A DNA stretch of 61,821 nucleotides, filler included, from Archaeoglobus sp. JdFR-37 (lineage in GTDB: Archaea; Halobacteriota; Archaeoglobi; Archaeoglobales; Archaeoglobaceae): assembly GCA_002010215.1 (NCBI GenBank). It is 3 parts of 3 records of this genome, joined end to end, with 100 filler letters (N's around TTAATTAATTAA, not from the genome) between each part and the next. Parts side by side here need not be neighbours in the genome. Positions count along the whole stretch, not along the records: positions 1 to 20,719 come from MTMY01000008.1; 2 more parts are not named here. One strand, given 5' to 3'. Below are positions 1 to 10,396 of the stretch, one piece after another. Made by a program: the position numbers and the translations under genes. Below the pieces are notes generated by a model. It did no database searches. It was not told the origin of the DNA and saw only the letters and a program-made list of their open reading frames with translations. Positions within the stretch are counted from its first letter, which is position 1. Each line of letters opens with the position of its first letter.

Positions 1-963
1 AACCCAAACATCCAGACTGTAGCTTACGATAACGGCACAACGGTTCCTGGAGAAGAAGCCCATGCCGCAGTAAAGCCGAGATGTCTGGACTGCCATTCAA
101 AGACCAGCATTACTTTAGCCAACGGCAGTGTTGTTGCGGTGGCGAAAGCTGATGCCTTCGGCGATGCTGGATACGGGAGCGACTATTCTGCTCATAAGAA
201 GTTCGTGCAGGATGCTCTGAACTTTGATATTGGTGTGGGAGAGAATGAGGCGTGTTTGAGTTGTCACACTGATTTCAAGGTGCAGATAAAGTTCACACGA
301 CCGCTTTACTACGACTTCACAGTAGATGCATCATGGAATGTAGTTGTAAACTCGTATGGGGTAGATAATACCACCACTGTCTTCAAAGATGGTAGCGGTT
401 CAAAACATATCTGGAAACCCCTCAATCAGATAAAATGCGAGGACTGTCATACTGATGTATGGAGCGCGATAAATCATACTGAATCCAGCCTTAATGGGGA
501 GACACCAAATTCCTCACATGTTATCTGGTACTGGCAAGGGACACGTCCACAGCCACGTCAGGCACCAATCCACGACATCAGTTATATCGGCACAGCGTAC
601 GGAAACATCAGTGATTACTGCTTATCCTCATGCCACAATCCAACAATCGCTTCGGGAGCACCACCTCTCGAATTAAATGAAACCGTCCACGTTGCAAGAA
701 GACTATCCTGCTATAGCTGTCACACTAACTCATATACTTTCACTGTGCTCGATAAAACATCTGGTAATCCTGCAACCCCCACTTGGCCAAATTCTGACAC
801 GGGAGACATGGATAACTTTGATGTCAACGTATTCAACATTCCTCTCTCTATCCACGCCGATACATGTATCTCATGCAAGAGAGCTGGTGCACCAAGTAGT
901 GGAGATTTCAGGACTTATAGTGAACCTAATAACACTGTTTACTATAATAACAATCTCGTTTAG
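1..963 (+). CDS. Multiheme c-type cytochrome, 5'-truncated by the window edge; probable extracellular (nanowire-like) cytochrome
   Basis: Frame 1 is open from base 1 (NPNIQTVAYDNGTT...). Heme motifs: CLDCH (82-96), CLSCH (253-267), CEDCH (436-450), CLSSCH (619-636), CYSCH (709-723), CISCK (865-879). Eight N-x-S/T sequons. Confidence 0.9.
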   Translation, partial: NPNIQTVAYDNGTTVPGEEAHAAVKPRCLDCHSKTSITLANGSVVAVAKADAFGDAGYGSDYSAHKKFVQDALNFDIGVGENEACLSCHTDFKVQIKFTRPLYYDFTVDASWNVVVNSYGVDNTTTVFKDGSGSKHIWKPLNQIKCEDCHTDVWSAINHTESSLNGETPNSSHVIWYWQGTRPQPRQAPIHDISYIGTAYGNISDYCLSSCHNPTIASGAPPLELNETVHVARRLSCYSCHTNSYTFTVLDKTSGNPATPTWPNSDTGDMDNFDVNVFNIPLSIHADTCISCKRAGAPSSGDFRTYSEPNNTVYYNNNLV

Positions 964-1055
964 TGTTTTATTTCATGAGAAAACATTCAAAATTAAGGGA
1001 TTTCACGATAAATTTGCGACAACAAAAATTTAAACCCCACTCGTAAAGCCTTACC

Positions 1056-2288
1056 ATGCATACTATGCACACCTTCGACATCACAAAAAAACCCTTCATA
1101 ATCTTCTGGGAGCTTACAAGGGCCTGTATGCTTGCCTGCAAGCATTGCAGAGCTAAAGCTCAGCGTAAGAGACATCCAGATGAACTCACAACAGATGAGG
1201 TTTTCAGTACTCTTGATCAACTAGCAGAATTCGGGCAGCCATATCCACTCATCGTATTTACAGGCGGCGATCCCCTGATGAGGGATGATATCTTTGAAAT
1301 TGTGGAGCACGCAACTAAAAAAGGCTTCAGAACAGCAATAGCATTCAGCGGAACAAAGCTTGCTACAAAGCAGAGGCTTGAAAAGCTGAAGGATGCAGGA
1401 ATAGCAAGGATTGCCATAAGTCTTGATGGCAGCAACGCTGAGATACACGATTTCTTTAGAGGAGTCACTGGAACTTTCGAAACAAGTCTTGAAATTCTCA
1501 GAATTGCAAGGGAACTTGAAATTTCCACCCAGATCAACACAACCGTCTCAACTTACAACCTTCTTGATCTCCCAAACATCATGAGGATTGGTATAGAGAA
1601 TGGCGTCATCCTATGGGATGTCTTTTTCATCGTTCCGACTGGAAGGGCAAAAACAGAGTATATGCCTTCTGCCCAGGAGTTTGAGGATGTTCTTTGCTGG
1701 CTTTATGATGTGGCCAGAGAAACACCACTTAACGTCAAGAGCTCAGCGGCAACTCATCTGCGAAGAGTAGAGTACATGAGGGATCAAGACAGCTATGATA
1801 TAGAAACTTGTGAGCTTTATCAAACCCTCAAAAATAAACTGGATGAGATAAAGGAGGAGATGGGATTCGGTAGCAGAACCGGTGAGACCACTGAGGGTGA
1901 AATCGGTGAAATCAGTGAATCTAAAGCTGTTGTTGCAGGAGCCCACGGCAGAAGCATGGCCAGAGATGGGATTAGGAGGATGATGGGAATAACCGATGGC
2001 AGGGGAATGTTCTTCATCAGCCATGTTGGAGAAGTATATCCCAGCGGATTTCTCCCGATAGTTGCGGGGAATGTAAGAGAGAATACGCTGAAAAATATCT
2101 ATATGACCTCGAAAATCTTTGTTGAGCTTAAAGATCCAGATAATCTGAAAGGGAAGTGTGGGAGGTGTGAGTTCCGCTACCTATGTGGAGGCAGCAGAGC
2201 GAGGGCATATGCCATGACAGGAGACTACCTTGCCGCTGAACCCCGATGCATCTATAAACCGAGGGGAGGGGAGATAATCATTCCATAA
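1056..2288 (+). CDS. Radical SAM/SPASM protein, NirJ/AhbD-like (heme biosynthesis-type) family
   Basis: WELTRACMLACKHC (CxxxCxxC), TGGDPL, and a C-terminal SPASM motif KGKCGRCEFRYLCGGSRARAYA...C. Confidence 0.8.
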   Translation: MHTMHTFDITKKPFIIFWELTRACMLACKHCRAKAQRKRHPDELTTDEVFSTLDQLAEFGQPYPLIVFTGGDPLMRDDIFEIVEHATKKGFRTAIAFSGTKLATKQRLEKLKDAGIARIAISLDGSNAEIHDFFRGVTGTFETSLEILRIARELEISTQINTTVSTYNLLDLPNIMRIGIENGVILWDVFFIVPTGRAKTEYMPSAQEFEDVLCWLYDVARETPLNVKSSAATHLRRVEYMRDQDSYDIETCELYQTLKNKLDEIKEEMGFGSRTGETTEGEIGEISESKAVVAGAHGRSMARDGIRRMMGITDGRGMFFISHVGEVYPSGFLPIVAGNVRENTLKNIYMTSKIFVELKDPDNLKGKCGRCEFRYLCGGSRARAYAMTGDYLAAEPRCIYKPRGGEIIIP

Positions 2289-2365
2289 CAATTAATTGTT
2301 TAGCATTTCTTCCAATTTCGTTAAATTTAGTAAACTTTATTAATTACGGATTGTTTCCATCGTCT

Positions 2366-2821
2366 ATGGACGCTGAGGCCACTGCAATTTTGATAGTATC
2401 CGTTTTTGCGGCCATCTCATCCCTTGGAGTATTGCTGGCCAGAGATAACTTCTATGCATCCATCTATATGTCTGTCACCATGCTCCTCATCGCAAGCATA
2501 TTTGCCATGCTTGGTGTGCACTCGATGTTTGTCATAATTGCCTTTATCTTCGTTGGGGCGATAGGCCTCATCACTGTGGCTCTGGCAGCGACATATCGCT
2601 ATTTGCCACCCTCTAAACTGTCTAATATATGGATTCTACCAGCAATCATCACAGCTGGAATGCTGATATCCAGTGTTTATGGATTGTACAGCTACATTCA
2701 GCTTACAGACACAATTTCTCAGCTTGCAGAAAGCTATCCAGAGATTGTAACATTGCTGTTTGCCATGATGGTTTTGATGATGCTTTCAGCGATCCATATG
2801 ATAAGGAGGGAGGTTCTGTGA
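2366..2821 (+). CDS. fqoJ: F420H2:quinone oxidoreductase subunit J
   Basis: Hydrophobic NuoJ-like protein and first gene of a complex I-like operon; ATG at 2366 preferred over TTG at 2351. Confidence 0.8.
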   Translation: MDAEATAILIVSVFAAISSLGVLLARDNFYASIYMSVTMLLIASIFAMLGVHSMFVIIAFIFVGAIGLITVALAATYRYLPPSKLSNIWILPAIITAGMLISSVYGLYSYIQLTDTISQLAESYPEIVTLLFAMMVLMMLSAIHMIRREVL

Positions 2822-3120
2822 TTGCTTACATCCTTGCTTTATCCGTAATAATCCTGTTGATGGGGTACCTTTCTGCCATTTCTGCCAGAGATGTTGTGAG
2901 GTTGTTAATCTCTCTGGAGCTCATGTTCGGGGCAGTCTTTCTTTCGCTCATCCCCCTCTTTACAACCCCTCTTGCTCTTGAAGCTGGAGGAATGGCCGTC
3001 ATAACAATATTCACTAGTGCCAGTGAGCTCATGGTATTGATTGCAGCCATCATAATACTAGACAGGAGATTCAGAAGCATTTCAATTGATAATGTGAAAG
3101 CTGGAGGTGATTCGCTTTGA
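2818..3120 (+). CDS. fqoK: F420H2:quinone oxidoreductase subunit K
   Basis: NuoK-like LISLELM and ASE motifs; GTG start overlaps the fqoJ stop (GTGA) after a GGAGG RBS. Confidence 0.85.
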   Translation: MIAYILALSVIILLMGYLSAISARDVVRLLISLELMFGAVFLSLIPLFTTPLALEAGGMAVITIFTSASELMVLIAAIIILDRRFRSISIDNVKAGGDSL

Positions 3121-4541
3121 TCTGGGTTTTACTGCTCCCTGCTCTGGCAACTGTTGCCGCTCCTTTCCTCAAGAAAAGAGAAGCCATGGTATTGTCATTT
3201 TTGGCTTTCTTTATACCTTTTCTGGTTTCCTTTTACTGGTTATTCACAGGTTATACCTTAGAGGTGGCAATTCAGGATGTAGTAGGACCCATAGGGAGGA
3301 TATACATCTATGGTGACTCTTTAAGCCATGCATTTGGCTTCACAATAGCTTTGATTTCTGCCATGGTTGCCGTGTATTCGCTGCCTTACATGGAGCACAG
3401 GTTCCATGAGATGGGGCTTGATGTGGGGAAGGAGTTCAGAAAATATTGGCTCTTTTATAATCTCTACGCTGCATCCATGCTCTGGCTGGTTTACGCCGGA
3501 AACTTCATCCTGCTCTATGTTTTCCTTGAAATCTCTCTCATTGCCTCATTCCTTCTCATTTATATGTATGGATACGGCAACAGGCAGTGGGTTGCTCTGC
3601 TCTACTTTGTATGGACCAATGTTGCAGGAGTTCTGGCACTGATAGGCTTCATCCTGATAGGGATGCAAAACGGCACAATGGCCATGGATGCAATAAAGGC
3701 TGTTGGCATGACTGCTTGGTTGCTGGTGTTTGTGGGAATGCTCATAAAGCTTCCAGGATTTGGTCCCCATATCTGGCTTCCATGGGCTCATGCTGAAGCC
3801 CCCACTCCAGTTAGCGCTTTGCTAAGTCCACTCACAGTGGGTCTAGCCGGGTATGTTATATTGAGAGTATATTTCATAGATTCTTCCTTCATTGAGTCTT
3901 ACAGAATTCCAATTCTGGCTTACGGAATCTTTACCAGCATTTATGCTGGTTTATCTGTTTTCAGGCAGAAAGATTTCAAGAGGCTCCTCGCCTACTCAAC
4001 TGTCTCCCAAATGGGTTACATGCTGATAGGCTTCGCCGCCGGAACCTTTGGAGTTCTTGGAGTTGTCATTCAGTACATCTCCCATGCATTCGGCAAGTCG
4101 ATTCTCTTCATGTCCGCAGGAGCTATAATAGCAGTCTATCATGGCCTCAGAGATGTGGAGAAAATGGGTGGAATGCACGAGTATGTACCGACAATATCCA
4201 ATGCAGCTCTTCTGGGCTTCATGACTCTCAGCGGAATTCTGACAGTTGGTATGTTTGGGGAGTTCTTCATCCTTAAAGGGATTGCAGACATCTATGGTTT
4301 GAGTTTGACTGCTATCCTTCCAGTCATTGTAGTATTCATAATCTCTGGACTTTACAGCTTCTACACCATGAAAAACATATTCTATGGAAAGCCAAAAGGA
4401 TACGAGACTCCAATTGTCAGCAGATTGCTGGACACACCCCTCTATGTGATTGGAATAATTTCGGTTCTTCTGATACTCCCTCCTCTAGCAACACTATTCC
4501 TTGCCGGTGTTAAGATTGCATTTGGAGGTGTTCTGCCATGA
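3117..4541 (+). CDS. fqoM: F420H2:quinone oxidoreductase subunit M
   Basis: Antiporter-like subunit with HIWLPWAHAEAPTPVSALLS and KRLLAYSTVSQMG. Confidence 0.9.
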   Translation: MIWVLLLPALATVAAPFLKKREAMVLSFLAFFIPFLVSFYWLFTGYTLEVAIQDVVGPIGRIYIYGDSLSHAFGFTIALISAMVAVYSLPYMEHRFHEMGLDVGKEFRKYWLFYNLYAASMLWLVYAGNFILLYVFLEISLIASFLLIYMYGYGNRQWVALLYFVWTNVAGVLALIGFILIGMQNGTMAMDAIKAVGMTAWLLVFVGMLIKLPGFGPHIWLPWAHAEAPTPVSALLSPLTVGLAGYVILRVYFIDSSFIESYRIPILAYGIFTSIYAGLSVFRQKDFKRLLAYSTVSQMGYMLIGFAAGTFGVLGVVIQYISHAFGKSILFMSAGAIIAVYHGLRDVEKMGGMHEYVPTISNAALLGFMTLSGILTVGMFGEFFILKGIADIYGLSLTAILPVIVVFIISGLYSFYTMKNIFYGKPKGYETPIVSRLLDTPLYVIGIISVLLILPPLATLFLAGVKIAFGGVLP

Positions 4542-6478
4542 GTTCCGCTGTAACTTCTACCATGGCTTCGGATATGATGCCGCTACTTGCAGCCCTCTTC
4601 CTGACTCCAATTCTTGCTTCCACCCCCATTGCTTTTGCATGGGCCTTCAGGAAAGACGCTCCATGGGCCAGAAAACTTCCAATCCTATCTGTCTTTGGTC
4701 TCTTCGTATCATTTCTGATTACTCTATACATACTCTTCAACGTGGAGGAAGGAACGAAATACGTTTATCCTTGGCTTCCTGCCTTTGGGATAGATTTTGT
4801 ATTCATATTTGATTATCTCAGCAAGTACATGGGTGCCCTTACAGGCTTGATAGCATTCCTCATCGGAGTTTACGGTCTTGAATACATGAAAGACGACTAC
4901 AGACTTGGATGGTACTGGTTCTGCTTCAATCTATTCACAGCTTCAATGCTCCTTGTTGTCTACAGCGACAACCTCCTTATGCTGCTTATCGGATGGGAAG
5001 GTCTGGGAATAGCCTCTTGGGGCCTTATAGGGCACTGGTTCAGGGATGATGATGAGCTGAGCTATGTGGGCAACATGGGTAGAAAGGTTTTCGGCCTCAA
5101 TTACTTCTGGTCTCCCAGCTTCGGAGGATGGAGGGCCATTTCGACTATAAGAGTCGGAGACATGCCCATGTTCTTTGCCGTTGCAGCCATATATGCCTTC
5201 GCCGGAAACCTCAATATATCCGAGATCCACTGGGAGACGCTTTTTGAGACCCTTGGAGCAGCAGGAACAGCGATACTCCTTATAGCGTTTCTGATGGGCC
5301 CATTCACCAAATCCGCCCAGCTGCCCTTCAGTGAATGGCTGATGACCGCTATGACTGGTCCCACCACTGTCAGCGCTTTACTCCACTCAGCAACCATGGT
5401 CGCTGCTGGAACGTATCTCTTCATGAGAATAAGCTGGTACATCGAGCCATGGGCATTCTCTAACGCTGGAATGGATGCTGTTTATGCTTTTGTCCTGTTC
5501 CTTGGATTGATTTCCTCCTTATATGCTGCACTGCTGGCAGCTGGAATGTGGGAGAGGAAGGTGTTGCTAGCATCATCAACTATGTCAAGCCTTGGCCTCA
5601 TGTTTGCTGCAGCAGCAGCATCCAAGTGGCTTGGAGAGTTTGCCGTAGAGGTCTCATTCTGGTACCTTATCGTCCATGCCTTTGCCAAAGCGACACTCTT
5701 CCTTGTCGCTGGACACCTGATACACGTAACCCACGACAGGTTCTGTGGAGGAGACACTGAAGTAGCTAAGAAGATGAAGCTGACGTTCTTGGTTACAGCG
5801 TTCGCTACCATAAGCTTGGCGGGTATCCCACCCTTCACCGCTTATTGGGTGAAGTCGGCTATGGATGAGGTGATGCATGGTCTGATTGAACACGGCATGG
5901 CGTTACCGCTGACCTTGCTGATAACGATCTCCATCATCTACTCAGCCTTCTTGGCAAAATTCCTGAGCCTGAACTTTCTCAAGGGCAAGAAAGTTCACCT
6001 CCATCTGCATGGAGGAGGATTGATGGGGGCAGCCTACACAGTAATGGTTTCAATGCTCCTAGTACTCCTCTACCTGATAATGACTGGGCAGGAGGAGGTG
6101 GCAGGAGAGTTCTTCCATGAAGGGTTCGTTTCCACGTCTCTTGCAGTAGGTGCTGCAGTAACTGTATCTTACTTCTTTGCCCTGATAAAACCCAGCATTC
6201 CCCAACTGTCCACCGTCGGCAGAGTGCTTTCGGACAGGCTTTACATGCCATTTCTAAATGACCTCATCGTACCTAAAATCGGATGGGTTCTTGTGGCGAT
6301 AGTGGATGTCTGCAACAGAGGAGTTGACTTTTTCTTCCATCAAGCAATTCCGGCATTTTTCGAAAGCGCTTCAAAATCCATAAGAAAAATCCAGAAAGGT
6401 TATCTGGCCAGTTACATGAGGGTGACTCTTGCGGCAGTAATGGTATTGCTGGTCATATCATCTATTGTGGGGTGGTGA
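4538..6478 (+). CDS. fqoL: F420H2:quinone oxidoreductase subunit L
   Basis: NuoL motifs GWEGLG, KSAQLPFSEWL and AMTGPTTVSALLHSATMV. Confidence 0.92.
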   Translation: MSSAVTSTMASDMMPLLAALFLTPILASTPIAFAWAFRKDAPWARKLPILSVFGLFVSFLITLYILFNVEEGTKYVYPWLPAFGIDFVFIFDYLSKYMGALTGLIAFLIGVYGLEYMKDDYRLGWYWFCFNLFTASMLLVVYSDNLLMLLIGWEGLGIASWGLIGHWFRDDDELSYVGNMGRKVFGLNYFWSPSFGGWRAISTIRVGDMPMFFAVAAIYAFAGNLNISEIHWETLFETLGAAGTAILLIAFLMGPFTKSAQLPFSEWLMTAMTGPTTVSALLHSATMVAAGTYLFMRISWYIEPWAFSNAGMDAVYAFVLFLGLISSLYAALLAAGMWERKVLLASSTMSSLGLMFAAAAASKWLGEFAVEVSFWYLIVHAFAKATLFLVAGHLIHVTHDRFCGGDTEVAKKMKLTFLVTAFATISLAGIPPFTAYWVKSAMDEVMHGLIEHGMALPLTLLITISIIYSAFLAKFLSLNFLKGKKVHLHLHGGGLMGAAYTVMVSMLLVLLYLIMTGQEEVAGEFFHEGFVSTSLAVGAAVTVSYFFALIKPSIPQLSTVGRVLSDRLYMPFLNDLIVPKIGWVLVAIVDVCNRGVDFFFHQAIPAFFESASKSIRKIQKGYLASYMRVTLAAVMVLLVISSIVGW

Positions 6479-6481
6479 AGA

Positions 6482-7696
6482 ATGGAACTGATAGCCTCTT
6501 TACTGATAATCTCTTTGGCATCCATTGCATCCCTTAAATACAGATGGCTAGGGTGGGCTTCATTGGTGGGGGTAGTGATTCTAGTTCCATCTCAACCGGC
6601 AATACTCCTCTTGGCATTTCTGATAATACTCAATATGCTTTCTCTAGAACTAATGAAAAGGAGCTATCTTGCAGGTGTGGATTATGGGTTGGTAGCCTTC
6701 ATGGCCGCCGCTACCATATATGCTATATACTCAACAGACCTCTCTTCTTTGGTTGCTGCATTTGTAGCAGTCTCAGTTCCAACCTATATGCTCGTCATGG
6801 CCAGCGAGGAGAGGGCAAGGACAGACACAGGCATCAAATACATCACGTTCATGGTTTTAGCAACTGTCCTCTTTCTGATTGGAGTTGCTCTTGCAGTCTT
6901 CGCGAGCCAGACAGGTGATGAAACTCTCTATGCCATTGCATTCGTTGCCATTGTCGTTGGCATCGCAATTGAAGTAGGTGTAGCTCCTTTCCACCAGTGG
7001 GTTCCCGATGTCTTCGTTTCAGCAGATGCGATACCAATCTCCATTATAGCATCTCTGGCAAAATTTGTTCCATTCATAGTTGCTTTCAAGATTTTATCTG
7101 CTACGTATATGGGGAATGGTACTCTTATAATGGTTGTCGCCTTCTTGGCAATTATTTCAATGTTTGCTGGCAATATTGGTGCTCTTACGTCTAGAGAACA
7201 CAGTAGAATCCTCGGTTATTCAACTGTGGCAAATATGGGCTATATTCTTGCCACCTTCGTAATCTTATCAAAGCCCGAATTCCTGTGGATTGCCTTTGCT
7301 GGTGCATTGCTGCAACTCTTTGCAAACTCATTCGGGAAAGTGGGCTTCTTTGCAGCCATCAAGGATGGCGGTTCATCTCCTGCACTGACCTACACATTAG
7401 CTTTGTCATTCATCGGAATGCCACCGCTCATGGGCTTCTGGAGCAAAGTACTGATAATCTCCAGCTTAGCTTATTCAGGCTTCATATGGCTTGCAGTCAT
7501 CATGGTGATAAACTCGGCAATATCCGTTCCATATTACATCCGTCTGGCAAGGGAGCTAGGGGCCAAGGACATCAGAGGTCTGGCAGGACTGGTTGTTGCC
7601 CTTACTGTAATTGCCACACTTCTGACGCTGCTTCCGGGATGGTTCATTGACTCAGCAAAAGCCCTCACGGCTTTCATAGGTTTGGGAGGGGTGTGA
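6482..7696 (+). CDS. fqoN: F420H2:quinone oxidoreductase subunit N
   Basis: NuoN motifs PFHQWVPDV, GYSTVANMGY and GMPPLMGF. Confidence 0.9.
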   Translation: MELIASLLIISLASIASLKYRWLGWASLVGVVILVPSQPAILLLAFLIILNMLSLELMKRSYLAGVDYGLVAFMAAATIYAIYSTDLSSLVAAFVAVSVPTYMLVMASEERARTDTGIKYITFMVLATVLFLIGVALAVFASQTGDETLYAIAFVAIVVGIAIEVGVAPFHQWVPDVFVSADAIPISIIASLAKFVPFIVAFKILSATYMGNGTLIMVVAFLAIISMFAGNIGALTSREHSRILGYSTVANMGYILATFVILSKPEFLWIAFAGALLQLFANSFGKVGFFAAIKDGGSSPALTYTLALSFIGMPPLMGFWSKVLIISSLAYSGFIWLAVIMVINSAISVPYYIRLARELGAKDIRGLAGLVVALTVIATLLTLLPGWFIDSAKALTAFIGLGGV

Positions 7697-7697
7697 A

Positions 7698-8060
7698 ATG
7701 GAGGAGATAATAGTCGTTGGCATTGTGGTTGTTGTTTGCCTGCTTTTAGATGGCATCATCCTTGGGTTAGCAAAAGTCCTCCCAAAGAAGAACCCAACCG
7801 ACCTCAAGTATCTGAGGTATGAAGCAGGAAACATACCTCTTGGCGTGCCGAAATGGACGCTGCCGATGCAGTATTACGGGTTCATGGTAATGTTTATGGC
7901 TCTTGAGCCTGTAGTGGTGCTGTTGCTCATTTTCTCTGTTTTCCCATCCATTAGCTCTGCCTTCCTGTTGGCTATAGCCCTTGTCATGTTCCTCCCTGCT
8001 ATATACCTCGTTTACGATTATGCTGTCAAGATTGCGAACAGGAGGGATGTTTATGAGTGA
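7698..8060 (+). CDS. fqoA: F420H2:quinone oxidoreductase subunit A
   Basis: NuoA-like protein with three TM segments and a YEAG loop. Confidence 0.88.
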   Translation: MEEIIVVGIVVVVCLLLDGIILGLAKVLPKKNPTDLKYLRYEAGNIPLGVPKWTLPMQYYGFMVMFMALEPVVVLLLIFSVFPSISSAFLLAIALVMFLPAIYLVYDYAVKIANRRDVYE

Positions 8061-9120
8061 AATGGTTAGGTTTCTCCATAGCGGTCCATTAGCGCCAATT
8101 AAGAGGTGGGGAACCAAGTGGAGCCTCTGGCCAGTTCATCTTGTCACTGCATGCTGTGGTGTGGAGTTGGCTCATGCTTATGCAAGTGGCTATGATGGTG
8201 AAAGGCTTGGGAGCCTCAACTACGGGATTTCTAGGCAGACCAACCTGATAATTGTTGAGGGTGCCATTACAAGGAAAATGGCGAGAATCCTCAAAATGAC
8301 CTACGAGCAGATGCCCGATCCGAAATTCGTAATGGTGATGGGAGCCTGTGGCCTTAAAGGTGGTCTATTCTGGAATGGTTACCATATGGTCAAACCTTCA
8401 GATGTTGTTCCAGTAGACTTCTTCATTCCTGGCTGCCCGCCAACTCCTGAAGCAATGCTGAGGGGGATCAGGGAGCTTCAGGAGAAGATTTGGAGTGGAG
8501 AACCGAGGAACAGCATATCTTTCAACAAAATCGACATGTTGAGGATAGGGTCTCCCCGTTTGGCCCCTCCAAGCCCAAAGAAAATAGCGAAAACACCCCT
8601 CGTTAAGGTAAATGTTGATAGATCAGAAAAGTGGAAGGAAGGCGGAATTATTGTGAAGGAGGTGTCGGATCTTCTAGGTGAACTGGCCTCATCTGTAACA
8701 ATTACTGGCAGAAACAGGATATGTGTCTTTGTAGAATCTGAAAATGCAGTTGAGGTTGCAAAGAGGTTGAGCAGATTATTTGACCACGTAAAATCCGTCA
8801 ATGTAATAGATGTCCCACATGAGAGCTCCTTCATCATTGAATACGTTTTCTCCAGCTACTCTAACAAGAAATACATGCCCATTCTGCTTACAATGGCTTC
8901 CAGAATTGACAGGGAGGAAGCAAAGTTCCCGAGCTTAGCGGAAATCTTTCCGTCTGCGGACTATCTGGAGAGGGAAATGCACGACCTTTTCGGGGTCTGG
9001 TTCGAAGGTAACCCGGGTATGGGGGTGCGTTTCCTGATAGCTCCAGATACACCAGAAAATCCTCTGAGAAAGGATTTCAGGCTTGAAGAGGAGGTTTACA
9101 CCGGAGGTGATGGCAGATGA
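8053..9120 (+). CDS. fqoBC: F420H2:quinone oxidoreductase fused subunit BC
   Basis: NuoB motifs TACCGVE, MGAC and IPGCPP fused to a NuoC domain (EREMHDLFGVWF...PLRKDF); start reassigned to the ATG after GGAGG. Confidence 0.9.
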   Translation: MSEMVRFLHSGPLAPIKRWGTKWSLWPVHLVTACCGVELAHAYASGYDGERLGSLNYGISRQTNLIIVEGAITRKMARILKMTYEQMPDPKFVMVMGACGLKGGLFWNGYHMVKPSDVVPVDFFIPGCPPTPEAMLRGIRELQEKIWSGEPRNSISFNKIDMLRIGSPRLAPPSPKKIAKTPLVKVNVDRSEKWKEGGIIVKEVSDLLGELASSVTITGRNRICVFVESENAVEVAKRLSRLFDHVKSVNVIDVPHESSFIIEYVFSSYSNKKYMPILLTMASRIDREEAKFPSLAEIFPSADYLEREMHDLFGVWFEGNPGMGVRFLIAPDTPENPLRKDFRLEEEVYTGGDGR

Positions 9121-10370
9121 CCGGGATGAAAGAAGTGAGGGAAATGAGCATTGAAGTTCCGGTGGAACCTCCAGCAGAATACGAATCCCTCTTCATCCCT
9201 GTTCCCAAGGAGTTTGTAGAGGATGCTTACAGGAAGGATGATTTCATCGTATTTATCGGTCCTCAACATCCGGGAAGCGGACATATGCGAATAATTGTCC
9301 GCCTCAAGGGAGATTTTATAGTTGAAGCCATCCCTGATCCTGGCTACGTCCACCGTTCAATGGAGAAGCTGGCGGAAAACAGACTCTATGTCCAGAATAT
9401 ACCCCTCCTAGAAAGACCAGCCATCATGGACTTTGGAAACTACAACCTCGGTTATGTCAGGGTGATAGAGGAAGCTCTGGACATAGAGGTTCCTGAGAGA
9501 GCCCAGTATCTCAGAGTGTTACTTGCCGAGCTTGGTAGAATTGGAACTCACCTCTACGATGCCGGCATTCTTGCCGTTTTCATGGGTCATACAACCGGAT
9601 TCATGTGGCCATTTGCTGTTCGAGAATTCATAGTTGAAGCCTTGACACACATAACTGGGGCGAGAATAACAGGCTCTTTCATAATACCTGGAGGGGTAAG
9701 GAGAGATGTTGATGAGAAGGTACTTAGAATGATTGGACGAATTATTTTCACAATAGAAAACAGACTAGAGAAGTTTGAAAGAGTTTTCATCAGGAACCCA
9801 ACTGTTGTGGCTAGGTTGAAAGATGTCGGAGTGCTGACGAGGGAGGAGGCAATAAAGTACGGTGTTGTAGGGCCTTTCCTGAGAGCGAGTGGAGTAGAAT
9901 ACGATGTCAGAAGAGTTGAGAGCTATGAGGTATATGACGATCTCGATTTCGAGATACCTGTGGGGGATGACGGTGATGGGTATACTAGGTTCCTAGTGAG
10001 AGTTGAAGAGATTGCCCAAAGCATGTCTATAATCAGGCAGGTTATTGATAGGATTCCGGAGGGAGATGTAATTAGTAGCGATATTGAAGCAATTAGCAGG
10101 AATGACATAAGGGGGAGTTTCTATGATGCTTTGGCCAAAATAACTCTACCTGCTGGAGAATACACAACGCTTACCGAAGCAGCAAGAGGCACTTTGCTTT
10201 TCAGCGTTCTAAGCGATGGGGCGTCCAATGTCCCTTATAGGCTTCGCTTCGTTACACCGGGATGGATGTATTTGAAGGGCTTCATGGAGAGTTTGAAGGG
10301 CGAGAGGCTTGCAGATCTCCAAGCCATTTATGGGAGCTTTGGATACTTCCCGCCTGAGGCAGATAGGTGA
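9117..10370 (+). CDS. fqoD: F420H2:quinone oxidoreductase subunit D
   Basis: GPQHPGSGH and GYVHRSMEKLAE; no NiFe-binding CxxC motifs. Confidence 0.92.
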   Translation: MTGMKEVREMSIEVPVEPPAEYESLFIPVPKEFVEDAYRKDDFIVFIGPQHPGSGHMRIIVRLKGDFIVEAIPDPGYVHRSMEKLAENRLYVQNIPLLERPAIMDFGNYNLGYVRVIEEALDIEVPERAQYLRVLLAELGRIGTHLYDAGILAVFMGHTTGFMWPFAVREFIVEALTHITGARITGSFIIPGGVRRDVDEKVLRMIGRIIFTIENRLEKFERVFIRNPTVVARLKDVGVLTREEAIKYGVVGPFLRASGVEYDVRRVESYEVYDDLDFEIPVGDDGDGYTRFLVRVEEIAQSMSIIRQVIDRIPEGDVISSDIEAISRNDIRGSFYDALAKITLPAGEYTTLTEAARGTLLFSVLSDGASNVPYRLRFVTPGWMYLKGFMESLKGERLADLQAIYGSFGYFPPEADR

Positions 10371-10396
10371 AAGAATGAAACACAAGAGGTGGTAAA

